Below, piece after piece: positions 60,620 through 64,000 of a stretch of 64,000 nucleotides of DNA. The stretch's first letter is position 1, and every line of letters starts with the position of its first letter. A program made the position numbers and the translations under genes. Source of the stretch: an uncultured virus (IMG/VR IMGVR_UViG_3300029906_000007) (taxonomy: Duplodnaviria; Heunggongvirae; Uroviricota; Caudoviricetes; Crassvirales). Location of the stretch: IMG/VR virus record IMGVR_UViG_3300029906_000007. One strand, 5' to 3'. A model generated the notes under the pieces. That model made no database searches. It had not been told where the DNA came from and saw only the letters and a list, made by a program, of their open reading frames with translations.

Positions 60620-62057
60620 CAATTTGCCCAGTATTTTCGTCAAATACAAGAAGTTTTTCTTTTTCATGTATTTTATAAGTATCAGTTTCTTTACTATTCA
60701 AAACTTCTCTTTCTTCGATAGTACCAGCATAATAAAGTTTATAAATAAGAATAGGATTTGTAACAAATTTTAACTTGTTGTATCGGTATTTAAACTCCTT
60801 CCAATCGGCGTACAGGGCTGAGGTGAAAATTACCACATCTACGGTACATTCTAGCTCCACAGACGAAGCATTTTTAATCGAAAGTACATTTATACTACCT
60901 TGACCAAAATAACGGCTCAAATCGTCTATATTAGCCTTATTTGAATTAACATCTTGTTGGCTAATATTTACATTCATTAACAAGTTAAATCGTCTTAGAT
61001 TTTCAGAACTAATTGCTTTAGCTTTAACAACTTTATGTTCTCCTTTATGAGCACCAGATTTAATAAGAATAGGAATACCATTAGCATCATATGCTTTCAT
61101 AGGTTCAATACAATCATGATAATCTCCTGCATTATATCCAGCATCAACAAGAGCTTTAGTTATTTTACGAGCAAATTCACCATGTTTACTAACAATAAGA
61201 ATACGTTTGTTCTTGTTTTCTTCAACAATTTGAACAATTTTAGGAATCTTTTCTTCACTATTAGTTAGAAGAAGATTTCTTTCACGCATTATATTATAAG
61301 TAACATTAGCACGTTCTAAAAGAGCATTAGGATTATAAAACTCATCAATTTGTTTATTAAACGGAATAGTTGTATCAAGATATTCTGACCAACCATTTTG
61401 ACGAGCAATATGATCTCTAATAGTAGCACCTGAAACATTGGTAAGTTTATTACCCATACGAGCATCATTAATCATATCCATACTTCCAAATATCTGTATA
61501 GATTGAATAATATAATCAGTATATTTTTTATATGTTTCAGCTTTATCAGTATCAAGTTCAAGACTAACTCTCCATTCTTCTACGGGGAAACAATTACGAA
61601 CTGCATTGGCTTGACTTTCAGTCATAACGTCACGAATAATAGGATAATGCCTATCAATTTGTTTATATATTTCAGGATTAGAAACATATTTAGCTAAAGC
61701 TACAAATCGAAATTTACTTTGATTAATAATTTGAATATGATTATCAAGTAAAACAGCAAAACCTAATGCAATACATAAGTCATACTCATATTTATAAGTA
61801 GGACGAATATATTTATTAGTAACAATAGAAACATGTTCAAGTTTATTTGCAGAAACAAGTTTTCCCATTTCAGCCATATGAGGATATTCATTACAATAAA
61901 TAAACACACGGCTATTAGGATTTTTATTCCGAACAAGATTTATAATATAAATAGCAAGTTCATAAGGATTAATAGGATCTATTGCATAAACACTACCAAT
62001 ACCTTTTTGATCACGCCATTTAGTAGCAATTTTATTATAAATATCTTCTTTATTCAT
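60609..62057 (-). CDS. SF2 helicase-like protein, motifs degenerate
   Basis: Second RecA-like domain features (KIVQIVEENKNKRILIVS, VDVVIF, IYKLYYAGTIEE). No canonical Walker A or DExx. Adjacent to the polymerase. Confidence 0.6.
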   Translation of the reverse strand: MNKEDIYNKIATKWRDQKGIGSVYAIDPINPYELAIYIINLVRNKNPNSRVFIYCNEYPHMAEMGKLVSANKLEHVSIVTNKYIRPTYKYEYDLCIALGFAVLLDNHIQIINQSKFRFVALAKYVSNPEIYKQIDRHYPIIRDVMTESQANAVRNCFPVEEWRVSLELDTDKAETYKKYTDYIIQSIQIFGSMDMINDARMGNKLTNVSGATIRDHIARQNGWSEYLDTTIPFNKQIDEFYNPNALLERANVTYNIMRERNLLLTNSEEKIPKIVQIVEENKNKRILIVSKHGEFARKITKALVDAGYNAGDYHDCIEPMKAYDANGIPILIKSGAHKGEHKVVKAKAISSENLRRFNLLMNVNISQQDVNSNKANIDDLSRYFGQGSINVLSIKNASSVELECTVDVVIFTSALYADWKEFKYRYNKLKFVTNPILIYKLYYAGTIEEREVLNSKETDTYKIHEKEKLLVFDENTGQIVCR

Positions 62058-64000
62058 CGAATAATGTATTATACATTCCAGTCATTTTTTTAAGAGTACT
62101 TTTCTTTTTATTACCAATATTAAGCTTAATAGGATTAATAATCTTCATTGCTTCAGCATAATAAAATCTATAATTAATATTACGTTCAGAAATAGGTTTA
62201 TCATCAAGTGTATTAAGAATAGTACCATAATATCCAGAGCATAATTTGCTTCTAGTTTTATCTGTAAAATTACTTACTTTCTCAATAACAGTTCCAGTAT
62301 TACTTACATAATATCTAACATATCTTTGTGATTCACGTCTAATAATCTTACCGTTTTCAACAAATGTTTCTTCAACATGAAATTGTTTTCCAACATTTTG
62401 ACTACGACAGAAATCAAGAATATCTGTAGAATCATATAAAGTACGAGTAACAGGAATATCATAAAGAAAATAATTTTCTACAGCTTTAGCAACAATCGGC
62501 ATATCATAACCTTTACTTAAATCTTTAATATACATTTTTGGATTAAAAGCACCTTTATAATCAATTTTACCATTAAGCTCTTGAACAATATAATTATTTA
62601 TATTAGCATTAATATAACATTTATATTCTTCACTATCAGCATCAAGTCCTGTATATTCTTTCCATCTATTAGCAATATCATTAAATGTTTCTCTCTTACT
62701 TTCATAAAGTTTAATAACAATACCATCAGTATTAGCACTTACAACTTCTATTCCATTAAGTTCAAGCTCTTCACAAAGCATTAAAATCATTAATTGCCCA
62801 TTAATTGTAACACGCAATGTAGCCATACGGTCAAATATAGGAGAATTTTCATCACCAAATTTACCATATATACTATTAATAACAATCTTAAATGCTTCAG
62901 CAAGAAGTTTAGGCGGAATACCATCTATAAAATCTTCTTTACTATGTTTAGCTTTAACTCGAGTATCACGAAAATATTTAACAAGTTTAGCAAATATATC
63001 TTCAATAAGATGCTTTGGTGCAACATGATAAACAGCCATGATACTAGGATAGAAACTAGCAATATCCCAATGTATATAAGTATAACTATCTGGAGTTAGT
63101 GTTTGTTCCCCTGTAGAGGATGTCATAAACTCATGCTTGCTATACAAAGCTCTAGGAGGATCTTGACTATGTAATCCACCAGTAGCCATAGTATATTTCA
63201 AATTACCTATTTGAATTGTTTCTTCAAAACTATCTTTATTAGTACGAGTAACTTTTACATTACGAATACGTTCAAGATAATCTTGCATATATTTAGTTTT
63301 AAACTTAATAATAGGAAAAATAACTTTATTAAAAGCCATTGTAGTCCTAATAGTCTTTTGACCTTTCCATTGAGTAGGATGAAGTCCACTAAATTCACTA
63401 TAAAACTTTTCAAAAAGAATATTTGCAATATTACTTCTGGAACTACTTAAAAGATTTACTTTATATGAAGAACTAAGACTATAACGAAGTTTTATTTCGT
63501 CAGGAAATAGACGAGCCATTTCAGCAACAATGAAAACATCATTAAGATTGTAATGCATCATTTCTGGAATATATTCTTCAAGAATAAATCTATCCCAAAC
63601 TTTAACAACTTTATTAAGTTCTTCAACAGTCATTCCTTTATAGCTATTACCTAAATCATCTTTAAAAGTATCATAAAAGTGTTTATCTTTCTCAGTAATA
63701 GGAGGCATTGTATATTCAAGAAGTTCATACCATTTAAGATTGATAGAAACTTGCTTTAGACCTTTAGGAATATAAATAGTATTACCATTCTTATCAGTCA
63801 TTTTACCAACTTTATTAAGAGCAAACACTTTCATAACATCTATAGATGTATAAGGAAGCTTGAATTTACGCAGAGAATTAATAACATAATCACGCTTAGC
63901 CAAATCAGGATTATCTTGCATAGAAATAATCTTCTTACTAATAAGATAAAGATTATAAATAAAATCTTTAGCATTATCAAATCTCATACAATTAGCTAAA
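62050..64000 (-). CDS. Family B DNA polymerase, 5'-truncated
   Basis: WDIASFYPS (motif A), KIVINSIYGKFG (B), SANTDG (C) and YNLNDV (Exo III). Frame open to the window edge. Confidence 0.93.
   Translation of the reverse strand, partial: LANCMRFDNAKDFIYNLYLISKKIISMQDNPDLAKRDYVINSLRKFKLPYTSIDVMKVFALNKVGKMTDKNGNTIYIPKGLKQVSINLKWYELLEYTMPPITEKDKHFYDTFKDDLGNSYKGMTVEELNKVVKVWDRFILEEYIPEMMHYNLNDVFIVAEMARLFPDEIKLRYSLSSSYKVNLLSSSRSNIANILFEKFYSEFSGLHPTQWKGQKTIRTTMAFNKVIFPIIKFKTKYMQDYLERIRNVKVTRTNKDSFEETIQIGNLKYTMATGGLHSQDPPRALYSKHEFMTSSTGEQTLTPDSYTYIHWDIASFYPSIMAVYHVAPKHLIEDIFAKLVKYFRDTRVKAKHSKEDFIDGIPPKLLAEAFKIVINSIYGKFGDENSPIFDRMATLRVTINGQLMILMLCEELELNGIEVVSANTDGIVIKLYESKRETFNDIANRWKEYTGLDADSEEYKCYINANINNYIVQELNGKIDYKGAFNPKMYIKDLSKGYDMPIVAKAVENYFLYDIPVTRTLYDSTDILDFCRSQNVGKQFHVEETFVENGKIIRRESQRYVRYYVSNTGTVIEKVSNFTDKTRSKLCSGYYGTILNTLDDKPISERNINYRFYYAEAMKIINPIKLNIGNKKKSTLKKMTGMYNTLFDE

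Larger units (their letters stand above)
4499..63120. repeat. Dispersed 12-14-bp motif CCCYGTARRRRA, 20 copies
   Basis: + copies start at 4499, 7791, 13177, 18196, 21048, 27842, 31142, 38323, 45403, 50476, 56583, 63108. - copies start at 5059, 10370, 20961, 27814, 34742, 45473, 55078, 61576. Confidence 0.9.

Noticed and set aside
4499..63120. Dispersed motif read as CRISPR repeats, promoters, Chi-like sites or a peptide repeat
   Set aside because: Copies are kilobases apart with no spacer array, mostly mid-gene, in both orientations regardless of transcription, and translated in several frames.
1..64000. Genome-wide stop-codon reassignment
   Set aside because: Very long ORFs are intact under the standard code, and TGA and TAG end genes at sensible positions. 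Only one internal TGA was found.
31616..64000. Introns or inteins in RNA polymerase, primase, ligase or PolB
   Set aside because: Frames are continuous and I saw no intein splice motifs or homing-endonuclease motifs.

Overview
A 64-kb internal piece of an AT-rich crAss-like phage genome (Crassvirales, gut Bacteroidota host; gene content resembles the p-crAssphage/Intestiviridae group). Both ends cut through genes. Bases 1-45229 are a + strand virion module: tail fibre and receptor-binding genes, a retropepsin-like protease, a BACON-repeat protein, a holin, coiled-coil fibres, ring/IHF-like/muzzle proteins, and five cargo proteins ending in a 4537-aa virion RNA polymerase (DFDVD). Bases 45514-64000 are a - strand replication module: thioredoxins, dUTPase, DUF932, Gp157, dNMP kinase, ATP-dependent ligase, primase, SSB, RecT-like protein, degenerate SF2 helicase and PolB. 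The modules converge on a terminator cluster. Functional calls come from motif recognition and synteny, not database searches. Two non-genic signals stand out. First, a GC-rich near-palindromic motif, CCCYGTARRRRA, occurs 20 times in both orientations, mostly inside genes and in different reading frames. Second, a ~110-bp element with ~10-bp-phased AGCC boxes and fixed internal spacing occurs 3-5 times. No tRNA, rRNA, CRISPR array, integrase, reverse transcriptase, intron or intein was recognised.
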